Assembly (NCBI RefSeq): GCF_036321535.1
Contig: NC_087447.1
Location: 13,640,001 to 13,704,000 of the forward strand
DNA from: Camelus dromedarius
Lineage: Eukaryota
DNA length: 64,000 nucleotides
Reading direction: 5' to 3'
The notes under the pieces were generated by a model. The model was not told where the DNA came from. It was given only the letters and a program-made list of their open reading frames with translations, and did no database searches. This document shows, one piece after another, positions 11,894 to 26,359 of this stretch. How positions within the stretch are numbered: the first letter of the stretch is position 1; every line of letters starts with the position of its first letter. The position numbers and the translations under genes are program-made.

Positions 11894-13159
11894 TAGAGTT
11901 TTGGTCTCACAAGGAAGAGACTTCTATTCTGCCTCCCAGAAGTACCCAGTGCCCTTCTAGCATCTGGAGAAGGTCCACAAGTTGTCCGGAGGAAAAGGGA
12001 GTTAGGACGTTTTCAGAACAGATATTGGAGAGTTAGCACCTTTAGGGAAATTGCTGACTGAACAACAGCAACAACTAGCAGCATTTATTGAGCATCTTCT
12101 GTGTTCTAGGCACAAGTCCTTTCACTCCTCTGAAGCTGAGAGGAGAGCATCGCTGTCCTTTATCCACACCTCCCCTCTGTGGTGGGCTGAACGACCAAGG
12201 AAACTAGAGTCAGAGTGACTGGATTGGAATTGCACTTCCACCCTTTTAGTCATTCAGTAAGGACTTTTTCATGCCTAATAAAAGAAAACACTTTGCTAAA
12301 CGCCAAGAATATCAGTGTGAATAATACAGACACGCTCCCTGGCAGCAAGGACTTCATATTCTAATGGGTACAGAAGTCGTCTCCAAAACAAAGCAGGGGC
12401 AAAAACAAACAGGATAATTATAAAATCAAAAATATGGAATTGCTGGGTGCATTTTATATTTTTAATACTAATCAATAATGTCAAGGATATACATGTTTAA
12501 TACTTATTGGTGTATGCAGCAAATTTTCCTCCACAAAATTTGTAACTGTTCACATTTCCAACACTCTTGCCTGCTCAGCACATGTGTACAGCCATTCCCC
12601 TGTGCTGAATGAATCCTATTCTGAGCTTTCTCCAAACCTATTTCCCGAAAGCTTCTGGAAAATAGGGAAGATTTAGTTCTCTATAAATTCATGCCACCAA
12701 CTTCCAAAGGCCCATCAACACTAACCAGCAATTCTACTATATTTCTTTAATCAGCACATTTTCCCAATTCTCTTCAAGGACCATGTAAAATCTTCACTTT
12801 GGTCAAAATTCCCTTCTGCAACTTCTACTCTCGGAAAGTTCTGAGCCATTGTTTTTTTATATTTTTTGAACCACATTCTTTTAACTCAAGAACTCCCTGA
12901 GTCTTGAAAAAAACTTTCTTAGAACTACACAGCAGTCTATGAGTCTTCTTTTCTTCTTTCTCTGTCTCATTTCTGGAAGTCAGACCAGCATCATCCTTGG
13001 GGACTCCTCCCACCTTCCCTCACCAGTGTTTTCCCCAATAAATCATTTGCACATCTACTCTATTTTAACTTCTGCTCCTCAGAAAACGGGGACTGATACA
13101 GAATATATCTCACAAATCAGTAAGATAAAGACAGACGGCCACATGGGATCTTAAGAGCA

Positions 13160-13900
13160 CTTCAGCAAAAAAGATATCTAATGACCAGTAAACATATAAA
13201 GGGGGGGAGTGCTCACCTCTTTAACCATCTGAGAAATATGATCTAGAACAATAAAATACTATGGCATTGCTCCCCCTACAAGGCTAAAATTAAAAGGATG
13301 GTTAATACCAAGTGTTTGTTGTCAATATGGAGGAATGGTATCTTTCACATACTAGTGTTGGAAATGCATAATGGTTTTCCAAGTATACATTCAATATGTA
13401 AAAATATACATGTAACATATGACCCAGAAACTCCACTCCCAGATATAAATCTAAGAGAAAGATGTGCACCTATTCATTAGAAGACACATCACTCAGAGTC
13501 TTAATAGAACTATTCGTAATAGCACAAAACTGGTAACAAACTAAATGTCCACCATCAATAGAATGAATGAAGATGCTGGTATATTTATACGGTGGTCTAA
13601 CATAACAATGAAACTAAGAAAATTATAGATATATATATATATAACAACATGAATTAATCTCACAGACACAATGCTGAGCCAAAGAATTCAGACACAAAAG
13701 ATTACATACTACATGATAGTATTTATTTAAAATTTAAAATAGGTCAACCTAGGGAAGTGTTTTTAGGTGATAAGCGTATGAAAGTATAAAGAAAAACAAA
13801 GAAGTTTTATCATAAAAGTCGTGTTAGTGTTGACTTTTAAGGGAAGAGAAAGAAGTGTAATTGGGAAGAGATATGATGGGTCCTGGACGAGCTAAAAATC
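13160..13900 (+). mobile_element. Old LINE-1 (L1M) ORF2 end and 3' UTR
   Basis: aagatatctaatgaccagtaaacatat..., caaaactggtaacaaactaaatgtcca..., and agacacaaaagattacatactacatgat are typical L1MC/L1ME 3' sequence. Confidence 0.7.
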
Positions 13901-13959
13901 CACTTCTTGAACTGATTTATAGTTATGTAGATGTTCCACTTTATAATTCAAAGATTTTT

Positions 13960-15050
13960 CCCTTTGTCTTGGTTTTTAATTGTTTGATTACGATGTGTCT
14001 TGGGTGGATTTATTTAAGTTCATCCACTGAGAGATTTGCTGGGCTTCTTGAACCTGTAAGTCTGTCTATTTCACCAAATTTTGAAAGTTTTCAACCATTG
14101 TTCTTTTAACATTTTTCTGAACCTCTGTTTCTCCTCTTTCTGAGACTCTGATCACATGAATGTTGTATATTTTGGTTTTGTCTCATGAGTCCTTCCGTTT
14201 TTTTTAATTTTTTTAATCTTTTTTTCCTCTGTTCTTGTTCAGACTGGATCATTTTCGTTGACCTATCTTCAAGTTCACTGACTCTTTCTTTTATATTTCC
14301 ACTGTGCCTTTGAGAGCCCATTCAACGAATTTTTAATTTTGGTTATTGTAGGTTTCAGTTCTCAGTTTTCAACTTTTTTCTTCTTTATAATTTCTGTTCC
14401 TTTTCTGACACTTTCTATCTTTCCATTTGTTTCAGTTGTGCTTGCCCTTACTCATAAGATCATGGTTATAATGGTTGCTTTAAAGTTTTTGTCTGAAAAC
14501 TCCAACATCTGCGTCATTGCAGAATTGGCATCTGCTGATTTTTTTTTCATTTGCAGGTTGAGATTTCCTGCTTCTTTATATAATGAGTAGTGTTAGATTG
14601 TATCCTGGATATTTTGAATATTATGATACTCTGAATATTTTTAAATCAAGGAGAATATTGAAGTTTTAGTTGTAGCAGGCAGTTAACCTTGTTAGTTTCA
14701 GGTTGCAATTTCCAACCCACATTCTGTGACCTGTGTTGCCAACGTCAATTCAGTTATACAATCCTTTGCAGCATTGTTCACACCTGTATCACAGGTACGC
14801 CACCCAGTGGCCAGCCTAGGACTTGGATGGTGAGCTCCTCTGTACCATTCTGACTTCAGTACGCTGTTTACTTTCAGATCCACGTATCTGCAGCTCAGAG
14901 GCAAGCCCTGGAATTCATACACTACTTAATGGGATGACTCTCTTGAACACCCTCCTCTATTTGATCTCCCTGATGCTTTCTGGCTCTGAAAACTTGACTT
15001 TGGTTTTCTCACTGTTCTGCACACTTACCACTACTAAGTCTGTGTCAATG
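13960..15050 (-). mobile_element. Old LINE-1 (L1ME/L1MD-like) 5' and ORF1 fragment
   Basis: T-rich reversed ORF1 region. Minus peptide NIKERVSELEDRSTKMIQSEQEQRKKRLKK resembles the L1 ORF1 coiled coil. Confidence 0.7.
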
Positions 15051-16244
15051 GCCAAGATTCAGGACAGAGAAAGAATAAAGCAATGAGCACTTGTCCCGTG
15101 CTCTTGAGATCACATCTGCTATGGTCAAGTAGAAGGATCCTCCTCCTTAAGAGTTTCAGATGCCACTGTCGCCCTTGTCACTGCTACTCTGCAACAGGAT
15201 TGACTGAGGTCCAGAACAGGAAGGAACAGGAAAAAAGCAAAAGGAAGAAATCCACACCCTTACTCTCTGGCTTACTTGTCTGACTAAGAGAGGTTCTCTT
15301 GAAGATCTTTTTGTATGTACTCAGCGCACACTTCCTCTGGGAAAGTGCACATCAGAGATTGAAAATAAGGGCATTAATAACAGGAGCTCACAAGTAGGAA
15401 ACACGAACAAAATAAAACCATTCAGAGGAAGATCAGCAGATAGTAAAGCACTCAGCATTTCTGCAAGAACAGACTTGAAGGCAGAAAGATCGGGATTTTA
15501 AATTCTATCTCAACCTTGGCTAAATAAATCAATGTCTGCAAATCAGATTTCTTCATTTTTAAAAAGAAAACCAAGCCAACTTCTCATGAGGACAATATGA
15601 GATCTTGTTTATAAATTGGTTAGCCCCATGCCTAATACCAAAGACACCAAAGCATTGCTCAATAAACTATACACCGTGTTATGTGTATATGTGTGCATGT
15701 GTGTGTAGTCACATGTGCGCAATAGTTAGGCATTCATTACAGAATTTCCCTCCACATTTTAGTTTGTATATAATCATGCTTACATCAGTTTTAGAGTGAA
15801 TCTATTCTACCCACTTCCATGATTTGAGTTCAGTCATTCTTAATTGTATTCCCTGTATTCTCAAAGTCTCAAGCTATGGATTCTTTCTGATATTAGTGTT
15901 GTTAGAAATAAGTGCAACTGAACCATCAGTAACTATTGTGAGCAATATTCTGGGTGCAGAGTTGGAGGACCAGGTTGGTAATGTTTCAACAGGGGGATTC
16001 TGCTCCTCACAGACTCTCAGTATTCCAGTTGACGAAGGCAGCATCTCAAAAAAATGAATTAACTCACTTTCCTGGTTAATAATATGGGACACGGATATTT
16101 TAGACATGATTTCAAATATTCGAATCAGTTTGATTCCAAATGTTTTTATGGTTTCTCAGCTTTTGTCATGACAATAAGGATTCCTACTGAAAATGCCCGG
16201 TTATTTATTTCCCTCCTGTACCTGTATCTTCCCTCCACAATTGC

Positions 16245-17153
16245 TCATTTGTTCCAGAGATTTTTCATGGCATTTTTCACCTCTGCATTCCTTAGTGTAT
16301 AAATCAGGGGGTTGAACATGGGTGTCAAGATACAATAAAACACAGCCACTATTTTGTCTATGGGCAAAGTAGATGATGGACGCATGTAAATAAATATACA
16401 GGGTACAAAGAATAAGGCAATGACAGTGAAGTGGGCCCCGCAGGTGGAGAGGGCTTTGCGCCTCCCCTCTGCACTGTGGGACCTCAAGGAGCGAAGGATG
16501 ACGATGTAGGAGGCAGCCAGCATGAGGAAGTTCAACAGGCAGATCACACCACTGTTGGCCACCACCAGCAGACCAATGACATATGTGTTGGTGCAGGCAA
16601 GCTCCAGCAAGGGGTACAAGTCACAAACAAAGTGATTGATCATGTTAGGTCCACAGAAGGGCAACTGAAGGACCAGCAGAAGCTGAACCAATGAATGCAG
16701 GAAGCCTCCCAGCCAAGCCATCCCCACCAGCATGGCACAGAGATGCCTGGTCATGATGGTCGTGTAGTGCAGGGGCTTGCAGATGGCCACGTAGCGGTCA
16801 TAGGCCATCCCTGTGAGCAGAATGATCTCAGTTCCTCCCAACAAATGGGCAACAAAGAATTGAGCCAGGCAGCCCTCATAAGAGATGGCTCTCCCCTCAT
16901 ACATGGAGTCAGCAATCAGTTTGGGGGTCATACATGAGGAATAGCAAGTATCAATAAAGGACAAATATGAGAGGAAAAAGTACATGGGAGAGCCCAAGGT
17001 GGGGCTGCAGATAATGGTGATCACGATAAGCAGGTTGCCCCCAACAGAGATCAGGTAGACAATTAAAAAGAGCACGAATAAAACTCTCTGCACCTTGGGG
17101 TTTTGTGAGAGTCCCAGCATGAAAAACTCCGTGATGTTTCTTGGACTATCCAT
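16245..17153 (-). CDS. Olfactory receptor, OR4C3-like paralog (302 aa, intact)
   Basis: Complete ORF with all OR motifs. The central third is nearly identical to the 7825-8733 gene while the termini are diverged. Confidence 0.92.
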   Translation of the reverse strand: MDSPRNITEFFMLGLSQNPKVQRVLFVLFLIVYLISVGGNLLIVITIICSPTLGSPMYFFLSYLSFIDTCYSSCMTPKLIADSMYEGRAISYEGCLAQFFVAHLLGGTEIILLTGMAYDRYVAICKPLHYTTIMTRHLCAMLVGMAWLGGFLHSLVQLLLVLQLPFCGPNMINHFVCDLYPLLELACTNTYVIGLLVVANSGVICLLNFLMLAASYIVILRSLRSHSAEGRRKALSTCGAHFTVIALFFVPCIFIYMRPSSTLPIDKIVAVFYCILTPMFNPLIYTLRNAEVKNAMKNLWNK

Positions 17154-17554
17154 GAATCCTGAGCGGCAACAAGAACTTGGTTGAAAGAGATTTACCAGGA
17201 AAAAAAAAAAAACTGTTATTACTTCTTAACAAGGTGTTTCAAAGAAATGTGGGAAGTTAGTGTTTGTGGAATACAATTAACCCAAATCCTGAATCCCAAA
17301 ACAAGGACCTGCAAATCATTTTATGCATGTCAAATTAGTAATTTTGACAAAGTTAAATAGCAGGCAAAAATAAACAACTCTTCAAAACATTACATCTCTT
17401 GCATTTTAACCACTAAAAACAAATCTTTTAGACTGCAAATATCTTCATGGAATTTTTTGTAATAAAAATTATAACATGTAAGTAAGTACCAACTTTAGTT
17501 CATTAAAAAAAAACAATATGGGGAAATAATTTCTCTAAATATTTTTAGAGCCTC

Positions 17555-18515
17555 ACTTCCTACTCCCAGTTGCACTTCTCAACGCATCTGAACATCTACT
17601 CAAAACATCTTTATCTCATCCATTCTCAGCTTGCTCCCCCTTCTATATTTCCTCCACCACAAATATGGGAGTCACCCTTGACTGCTCCCTTTACTAGTCC
17701 ATCTCATAATTCCAAAATTAGTCACAACATCTTATCAAATCTTGTACCTTAAACTTCCATCCAACCATCCATTCGTGTGTTTATTCCAAAGACATTTTTG
17801 AGTACCTACCATACCCCAACCATAGTTGGTGGCACTAGATTTAGATCAATTAGCAAAATGAGCTGATGATTGCTCCAACAACATCATAGCTGCTGTCCCT
17901 TCATATCTCACCCAGACACCTGCTCAATCGTCCACACTGCAACCACAGTGATATGTATAAAACTCAATCATTCAATCATGTTTAACCAGTTTAAAACCTC
18001 CAAAAACTTCTCCTTACCTTTAAGATAAAATCCAAGCATTTCAGTCTCATTACAAGTCCCTGACCCCTGCAGACCCATCCATGTTATTCTTCAGCTCCCA
18101 TCCCTGTCCACTACTATGTGCTGTAGCCATATTGAACTACCCTAAACGCCTGACCAACTCATGGTCATGCATACTTCACTGCCTTCCATGTGTAATTCCA
18201 CTACCCCTCCACCCACTCCATCCTACATACCTGTTCCCAATTCTTCTGACCTATTCTTATGCATCCTTCAAAACTAGGCTCAGATATCATCTCCACAAGG
18301 AAGATAATCTCTTCCCTCACCCTAAGCTAGCTCATACAGACTTCCACTGAATTCCTATAGTAGCTTTATCCTAGCTTTTTGCATGCTGTGTGATACTGAT
18401 CTTCTTCCACCCTCCTACCTATGCCTGGAGCACCTTGAAAGCAGGAATTTTTGTGCTCAGTATCCTCATTGCCAGACCTGGAGCAGTGTTCAATGAGTAT
18501 TTGTTGAATGAATGA
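17555..18515 (+). mobile_element. LINE-2 3' fragment(s)
   Basis: C/T-rich L2 body ending in the L2 tail agtgttcaatgagtatttgttgaatgaatgaa. Confidence 0.7.
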
Positions 18516-21500
18516 AAAACTAAAACCATAAAATATAGGAAACTTACAACACCTGGCTATAAGGAAGTTGATAGCATCTTATCTGAATTTTTATTACATT
18601 CTGACATGGGAGAGTGATAGAACCAGTAGGATCCTTAACAGTTCGACTGGTTTATCCTTCTGCATTATCTGGTCTTCCTTCCCCTACTTTGAATAGTGTG
18701 TGTGTTAAATACCTGGACAGGATTAAATAAAGTTCCTGCAGAGAGAAAAAAATGCAATGAGAAACTATGGTTTCATAATCTTTTCCTTAACTTCGAAATC
18801 TCCCACAGTCCTAAGCAACCTGAGTTGAAAAACTGAATAAGGCATCTCATCCATTTATGGGCTACCGAGGATCTTTTAAACTATCATATTCTTTTAACCC
18901 ACTTTCTTTGCTAAAGACTCATTAAAAATAGTGATAGTTGTAACAATTTGATGCAAACATCTTTGGTTTAAAAATGCTAACATTTTGACCTACAGATGTT
19001 AAGTAGGCAGCCCAAGTTACAGAAGCTAGGATGTAGGAGATTGAATACACACTCATGTCTTTTGACTCCTCACCCATACCCCCTCCTGCACCATGATGTG
19101 TCCTCTCAGAACCCAGATTACTCAGCCCATGGAAAGGGCAGAAGGAACAGAAGAAAGACAAAGTTGTTAGCAGGTTGGGTATCAGCAGATTTTCTAAGGA
19201 AAAGGGTAGAAAAAAGTAATTACAAAGATGATTAGACAAAGTTTAGAAAATATTTAAAGGAGATGAAAACAATTACTCTTGGTACTGCCATCCAAAAAAG
19301 AAAATTATAAGTTTTCTCCTATATTTTTTTCCACTCTTTCTTCCATACGCAGATTTTTGTTCACTTCTCATTTATACCACATATTTAATATATTATCCTG
19401 ATTCATATTATAATTTAAACATTTCCCTGATCATTATAAACTCTTTAAAAGTGTTACTTTTAATGATTGCATATTACTCTGTCAAGTGGATTTTTCTAAT
19501 AATAAGTCATTGTAGTACCACAAACACCTCATCATGCATTAAGTTATTTCTGGGTCCGTGGAATAAGTGGCCCAGTCTGGATTTTAACTGAAGCCATTTG
19601 AATACACATCAGGGGTTTGAACGGAAATGATCTAGAGGTATTAAATGGTCAGTTGTAATTAGCTGGAAATAATAATTGGGCAGATTTTGCCAAAAGGAAC
19701 AGATACTCACTGGGTAAATAGGAGATTTATGGGCCAAAACATCATTAAATCAGAACATTTGTAGCTGGGATCCAGGACTCAAAAATGTATTACGTTGGGA
19801 AATTCAATCAGTTCCAAAGAGCATCCTGTCCTCTTCTAAGAATCAAGATAGAGAAGCGTCAGTGCTGAGCTTCGGTTACCCCGTTTATGCTTTGTTGTAG
19901 AAAGGACTGAGGCACAGGGTCAGACACAAAAACAAAACTGGAAAGAACACTCTGGCATCCTAACGTATATGGGTGATCCAAAGAATATTTTTATTTCAAA
20001 AGGAAAGAAAATATTAGACTGTTAAACCAGTAAAGAAGCAGTTTAGTGTATTCTTAAAACCCGTGATAATGGTCTTAGCACCCCTGGTCCTTTTTGGCTT
20101 TCATATTAATGGAGATCCACACCTTAGTGGATCGGCAAATAACACTTCCTAGGATAAATCAAATCCATTTAAAGTAGAATTGAGCTGTGGGAAAGAGCCT
20201 TAGATCCTCTATTCATTTTCTTATTCATTCAGCAGGTATCGGGCTAGTTGTTGAGGAAGCAGCAAATGAAATCACCTTGATCCCTCTTCTCACAGACAGA
20301 ATGGTACTCAGTGCTACGATGCAAATCTGCCCAAGGACCTATATGAGCATGAGGATGAGTCCCACCCAAACTGGACATAAAGAGTGGGAAACCCACCTTA
20401 AATTACTCATGAATGCTAAACTTAGCTTCCTCAGCACCAAGCGCTGTCAGGTTCACACTGCACAGATATGCTCAGCTCTCAACTCTCATGTTCCCTGGAT
20501 GATATGGATAATAGCCCCTCAATTTCCTGTGCTTCACCCTAGGACCCCTTAATTTCAGGTTCTGCGATGCCCTTCACTATAACTAAGCTCCAATTCCTGA
20601 CATCCAAATTGTTCATTAGGTCTCATACGTTTCAACTCACTGACCATTGTTGACGCTTAGAGGCTCCATCCATAATTGTGAGAGTCATAAACAAAGAAAG
20701 TCAAAAGAATCAAAACAATTTCCTTTACAGAATGCTGCAGAATCTTAGAAGAAGTTGCTATAGAATGGCCAGGTAAACCCATCAGTCCTCACAGATAAGG
20801 GTTGTTGAAAATATATTTTACATTGAAAAGAAGCTGAGTCTCTTTAGGAAAGAGCTCGAGAGAATTTTGTATTGTCTGACTTCTTGCATCCTTATCAAAT
20901 AAAGGGGGCTAACAGAGGACAGGTAAAGAAATCATGCAAAAGAAGTTTATAATAATTCCAAATGGGTGGGAGACTCACTAAACTGGACTGGAGTGTTCCA
21001 TGTCTGGTTCTGATGACATGTCCTTAATACTATTAGATCCTGAGATTCTGAAATAACCATTAAATCATGGAGATCCCAGATCCTCCCTTCAGCCACTTTG
21101 AGCCTCAGTTTCTTCATTTGTAAAGTTTGCCAATAATTATTTTACCTGCCTTTGAAGCGTACTGAGGATATCAGATGAAAAAATAAATGAACAGATTGTA
21201 GACACTACAAAGTTCAAAAAAGGAAGTACATTGTTTATTGTTATTATTTATGTGTCTTTTTTCTCAATTCAAACCCTAAAAACAGGTATAAGATAGGATT
21301 TTGGAAACTTGAATTAAAATTCATAAAAGACAAAAATGAACTTAGGATCCTTACAAAGAGTCAAATGACTTATTCCATTCCCTTTTTCATGGAAAATGAT
21401 AGGAAATTTGAACTTAATAGAAAAGATATCAGCAATGAAGGAAAACTTACTTGTACAACAAAAGTTGAAAGGCTTGATTAGCATAGAGTTTATTCTCTTG

Positions 21501-22284
21501 CTTGGATATTTCTCTAGAAAAAATCTTGAGGATTGAAAATTTCTGAAATGAATGCCAGTTAAAATTTTAGATTCTGCATATAAAGGTGTTTCCCAACATG
21601 TTGCTTGTGACAACCACCATAGCACTGAACTCACCTAAAGCTGGTCCTGAGTCCTGCTGGTTCTCTGGAATCAGAGTGGGGAGAAGAGAGACGGGGAGAG
21701 ATGGCTGCTTCATGACCCAGCTGACCCCAGCTCTAAAGCCCTAGTGTCTGGCTTCTGGATGAAATCATTAAATATATGATCCCACCAGATTGGGAACAGC
21801 TTAATCCCATTGTCTTTCTTGCAATGAAAACTGGAACAATTTGAAAGCATCTTCCCCCGAGTATCTGAGCTGGAGCATTAGCTCCTGAAAGGGACAGACT
21901 CCCTCCTCCCAGCCAGTCGGAAGAAGTTGGCAATGGACCAGGAGTTTAAACATCATAGTCCAGTGAGACCCAGTCTCAGAGGCTACCAAGTCTACTGAGT
22001 GTGGCCCAGGGTCAGAGTGTGGAAATATAAAGAAGTAAACAAAGTTTGTCCCAGATGCTGAACCTGTGGCCCCAGGTTTTCCAGCCTTCCCTGGTCACAC
22101 TCTATGTTACTATCCCAATAAAACAGCGTGCATGCTGTCTTGGGTGCCTGCAGGAAGTCTCTCTCTGGAGAGTCTAGGTTTCTACTTCAGGTTTTCCCCT
22201 CTAGGTAAATTATTTAACTTTTAACCTTCTGTGCCTCAGTTTCCTCACCTGTAAAATGGGGCTAAAAATAGTGTCTACTTGGGT

Positions 22285-22545
22285 ATCAATAGCATAACAT
22301 GGTAACTATAACTAACAACACATATTACACACTTGAAAGTTGTTAAGAGAGTAGATTTTAAGTGTTACCACCACACACACACACACACACACACGAAGTG
22401 GTGATTATGTGAGGAGATGGAGGTGGTAATTAACTTTATTGCAGTTATCACTTCACAATACATACATATAGCAAATCATCACATTGTACCCCTTAAAATT
22501 ACATATGTCACATGTCAGTAATATCTCAGTGAAGCTGGAAAAAGT
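22285..22545 (+). mobile_element. LINE-1 3' end (L1MA/L1MB-like) with internal (CA)n, inserted in a MIR
   Basis: cacttgaaagttgttaagagagtagattttaagtgtt...atcatcacattgtacccc...aagctggaaaaa. MIR halves flank it at about 22210-22280 and 22545-22650. Confidence 0.7.
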
Positions 22546-23894
22546 GATGCCTATCTCATAAGGTCATTATGAGGATAAAATTAGAACATTTACATAAAAT
22601 GCTTGGAACAAGCTAGGTACATAGTAATTGCTATGTAAGTATTTGCTATCACTACTACTACTATTAACACTGTCATCGTTATTATCATCAAGGTTGCTAT
22701 TCCCTAATCATGTGCATCTAACCACTTCTGTGCCGCTCCAGCGCCTACCTTCCTTCATCTCAGCATGTGGACACTCGGATGAATGATACGACCTGGGGAT
22801 AGCATAAAGCAAGCATTATAGTACAAAGGAAATCCTAAATGTTAGCATCAGGCATCAGTGCTCCCAATGCCCCTAGTGGCCACCAGCCAAACCGCATGCT
22901 AGGGAGTCTCAAACCCGCTTGCCTCTGTCTTTTGGGGTCTGCTTCCACTCAGGCCTCATCACATTTGCTGGATCTTCCCCCTATCCAGACCCCTAAATGT
23001 CCACCTCTAGCCTTTGGGAGAAAGCCAAAATCAGATAGCATCGTTAAAACTTCTTCACCTGTAAGAGTCACCTTTTTATTTTTATTATTTTATACTTTTA
23101 TTATTTTATTACATATTAAATTTATTATTTTTACATATTATTTATTATTTTATTACATATTACTAAACTAAGCAAAGCAGCTTAGTTTGTCTTTGCCTCA
23201 ACTTCTCCTCTCCGGAGATTCAGGACCTTGCCTTTATAAAGGTCAAATGGTAATGCAAATGTTTTTCTTAAAAAGCAGTAGTACTCACCCCAAACATGAA
23301 TTCTGCCATTATCTTTATTTCATTGAAAGATTCAAGTGTCATTTTTTTAAAGTGTGAATCTAAAAATCTTGTAAAATATTCCCTTCACCTCCCCTTGTGG
23401 CCCCAGATCACCCAGTGGCCCTCCTCCCTCTGTGACTTTTTCAGCATCCCCACTCTCAAATGATGCTCTGTAAGGTTTGGCTCTAAACCTTAGCATGCCA
23501 TCACATGGCATCACCTGCTTCATGCATTTGTCTGTTTCCTCCTCCTAGTGGGCATTTATCACCCAGAGCATACGTAAGGGAACCATAAAAATGAAACTAT
23601 AAGCAATCCGTTAAATTTTTCTTAGAATTTTGGGGTATGAAACCTAGCAGGGGCAGTTGAAAGTTTATAAATCTAACGTCTCATTTTAAAGAAAATAGAA
23701 GAGCAGCTCAGAAAAAATTTATGAAAGAATGGGAAAATAGTGGAAATTAAGAGCTAGGAGCCGTCTCAGAAAATCTACAGCCTTGTCAGTCTCTGCCTTT
23801 CGCCCATCTGTTCATCCTTCCATCCGAGAGGAACTGATACCTTTGAGCTGGACATTGTGCACATTAGGGTTTCAGGTTAAGGAGGGCCAGACAG

Positions 23895-23896
<2 letters not shown>

Positions 23897-23942
<46 letters not shown>
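23897..23942. repeat. (CA)n microsatellite
   Basis: About 23 CA units visible. Confidence 0.95.
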
Positions 23943-23944
<2 letters not shown>

Positions 23945-24569
23945 TGGCTTCTTCCTCATGGCATGGTCAATCAAGTAGACTCATTTGGGGGGATGTAATT
24001 TAGGATTGAGAAATTTTCTCTGTATTGCAACAACGTAAACCAGAGGCAGCCTAGAGTTGAGAACTGTTAATAGCAAGACTTGTGCTTTCTCTCATGTGTG
24101 CATTAAATGTTGCAAAGGATTTTCACATTCATTAACACATTTGTTCATCAGGAAGTTGTGCAGACGGCAGGGCAGATGTGATTATCAGCATGTTACATTC
24201 ATTTATTCTGTAATGCAGTGCTGCTTCACGAATGACTCACCAGCTCAGGGTCTCAAGTTTGCTCAGTTCAGAAACGCCTCCAAGTGAAGTTGTGCTGCTC
24301 CTCCACCACTAACACAGTAGTAGTTGTGCAGAGTTCACCCCCTGAGCTCCAGGTGGCTGGGGGCATTGTGGGGGGTTGACTGCGGTGTTGGAAAGATGGT
24401 GGTCTGAGTGCAGTACTGAGGTGCAGCATGATAAATGCTCTAGCCAGGACTAGCTCCTGCTCCCATGAGTAGTGCTCCTCAGAATGATCCATTCATCCAG
24501 CCCTTCCTAAGTGCCTTCAACCCTACCTCTTCAACTCCTCATTTTTTGGAAAAATTCATTAGTAACCTT

Positions 24570-25010
24570 ATCTGTTAGGCCCGTACATATTAATTGACAT
24601 GGTTTAGAAATGCTGCCATAATACAGAATCTCAGTGATTAATCCTAATAAGCACTTATTTCTCATTCACACTATGTCCCCCGCAGACTTACCTAATCGGG
24701 CTGGTCTCATGGGCCAGCTCACCACCAAGATGTGATTCCTGGACACGGGTCCATTTCCACCTGTGATGCCTCAAGTCTCCTGGGGCTTCAGGACTATCTG
24801 CTGGGTCATCTGCACCCAGCTAGCCAATGACCAAAGATAGATTAAGGATCACTGGGGACGTTTTATGGACCAAGCCCAAATGGGTACATCATTTCCACCC
24901 ATTAGTGACAAGACCCCATATGGATATAAGGGGACTAGGAAATGCAGTTTGTGTGCCCAGAAGGAAAAGATGAAGTGATCTGGTGAACACACGGCATTGT
25001 TTGAACCATA
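24570..25010. mobile_element. MaLR LTR (MLT1-like)
   Basis: Recalled MLT1 blocks: tttatttctcattcacactatgtcc, ggtccatttccacctgtgatgcc, catcatttccacccatt, ctaggaaatgcagtt...gcccagaaggaaaag. Confidence 0.55.
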
Positions 25011-26359
25011 CTTCCTCATTTGCTGGCCTCTATCCCTCCCTTTTTCCCTTCAAAGCTTATTAGTCTATCCTAGAAGCTTCTGACACACAATAGACCTTCA
25101 TGGTTTCTAATTGAAACCAGAGTCCAAATCATTACCACACAAAAAGGAAGCTTAACTTCCAAATTTTGTTCTATGCTTTGAATACTTATCAAGCACGTAC
25201 TAGTAACAGCATAGTAAGTATCCCATGCTCTGGATCCAGGGCCTACTGTCTGTGGCTCAGTGTTTTTGGACCAGTAACTTATCCTCTCTATTTACACATC
25301 TATAAAACGAAGATAATATTAACATCTACCTTAGAGAGTTACGATTGTAAGAGGCAGTGGAGGAGTGGTATCACTGAAGATAGCACAGGAGAGAGCTCTA
25401 GAGCTCCTTTCCCTGCACAGAGAAAATTCACTTTTGCAGAACCTGGGATTCTAGTCAAAAACTAACAACAGTCAGTGGAAGGCTTGGTAAAGGATGAGGC
25501 AGTTCCTTTGCAGTGAGAGTGTTATGGAATTTTAAGTTGCCTGCTTACCATACCCCACACCACCGGAACTGTCGCAGTCAAGGGAAGAGCAGCTCTCATT
25601 CCTGGTTCAAGTTTCTGGGTCATTAGGGAAATGCAAAATCAAAATCTTAGTGAGATACCACTTCACATCCACTAGGATGGCTATAATGAAAAAGAAAGAA
25701 AGGGGCGGGGAGGGAGAACGGAAGGAAGGAAGACAAGCAGGCAGGCAGGCAGGCAGACCTCAGAAACTCAGTCTACTCATTTCAGATGGAGATAATAATA
25801 CATATCACCAAAAATGGCCATACTGAGACAATGTAAATGTATTTAGCACAGTTCTTGGCACTTTATAGGTGCTCAGTAATATCAAGTATTATTAGATCTC
25901 AATGGTTGTATGTTAGACTCGGGGGCAGATTGGTTTACAAGGGCAATGCCATAGGATTTAATTCCAAGGTTCTTTTTTATTTCAAAATATTTTATTAAAT
26001 TTCAAGTACAAAGAATCATAAAACTTGACATACCTAATGGGCAAGGTGGTCAACCTACAAGATACTCCTAGTTCTCTACAACTCACAAATTGAAAAAGAA
26101 AAAGACAATGAAGAAGACTCTGAATGTTACAAGTCCCACTGACCAGTCTGCAGTCTTAATAGAAAGATGCAATGGTGGCATCATCCCAAGAGGTGAGGCA
26201 GTTTCAGAGCAGGCTGAGTCAGCATTGCATGGAGTGTCCACCACAATTGGATATGATACATTTTCCAATGCATGCCTTAACTGTCAGTGACGAAGTTCTT
26301 GCCCTGACTCTCTGGAGTCTCATAGAGACATAACACAGGGTGCGCCTCCACCCCCAGGA

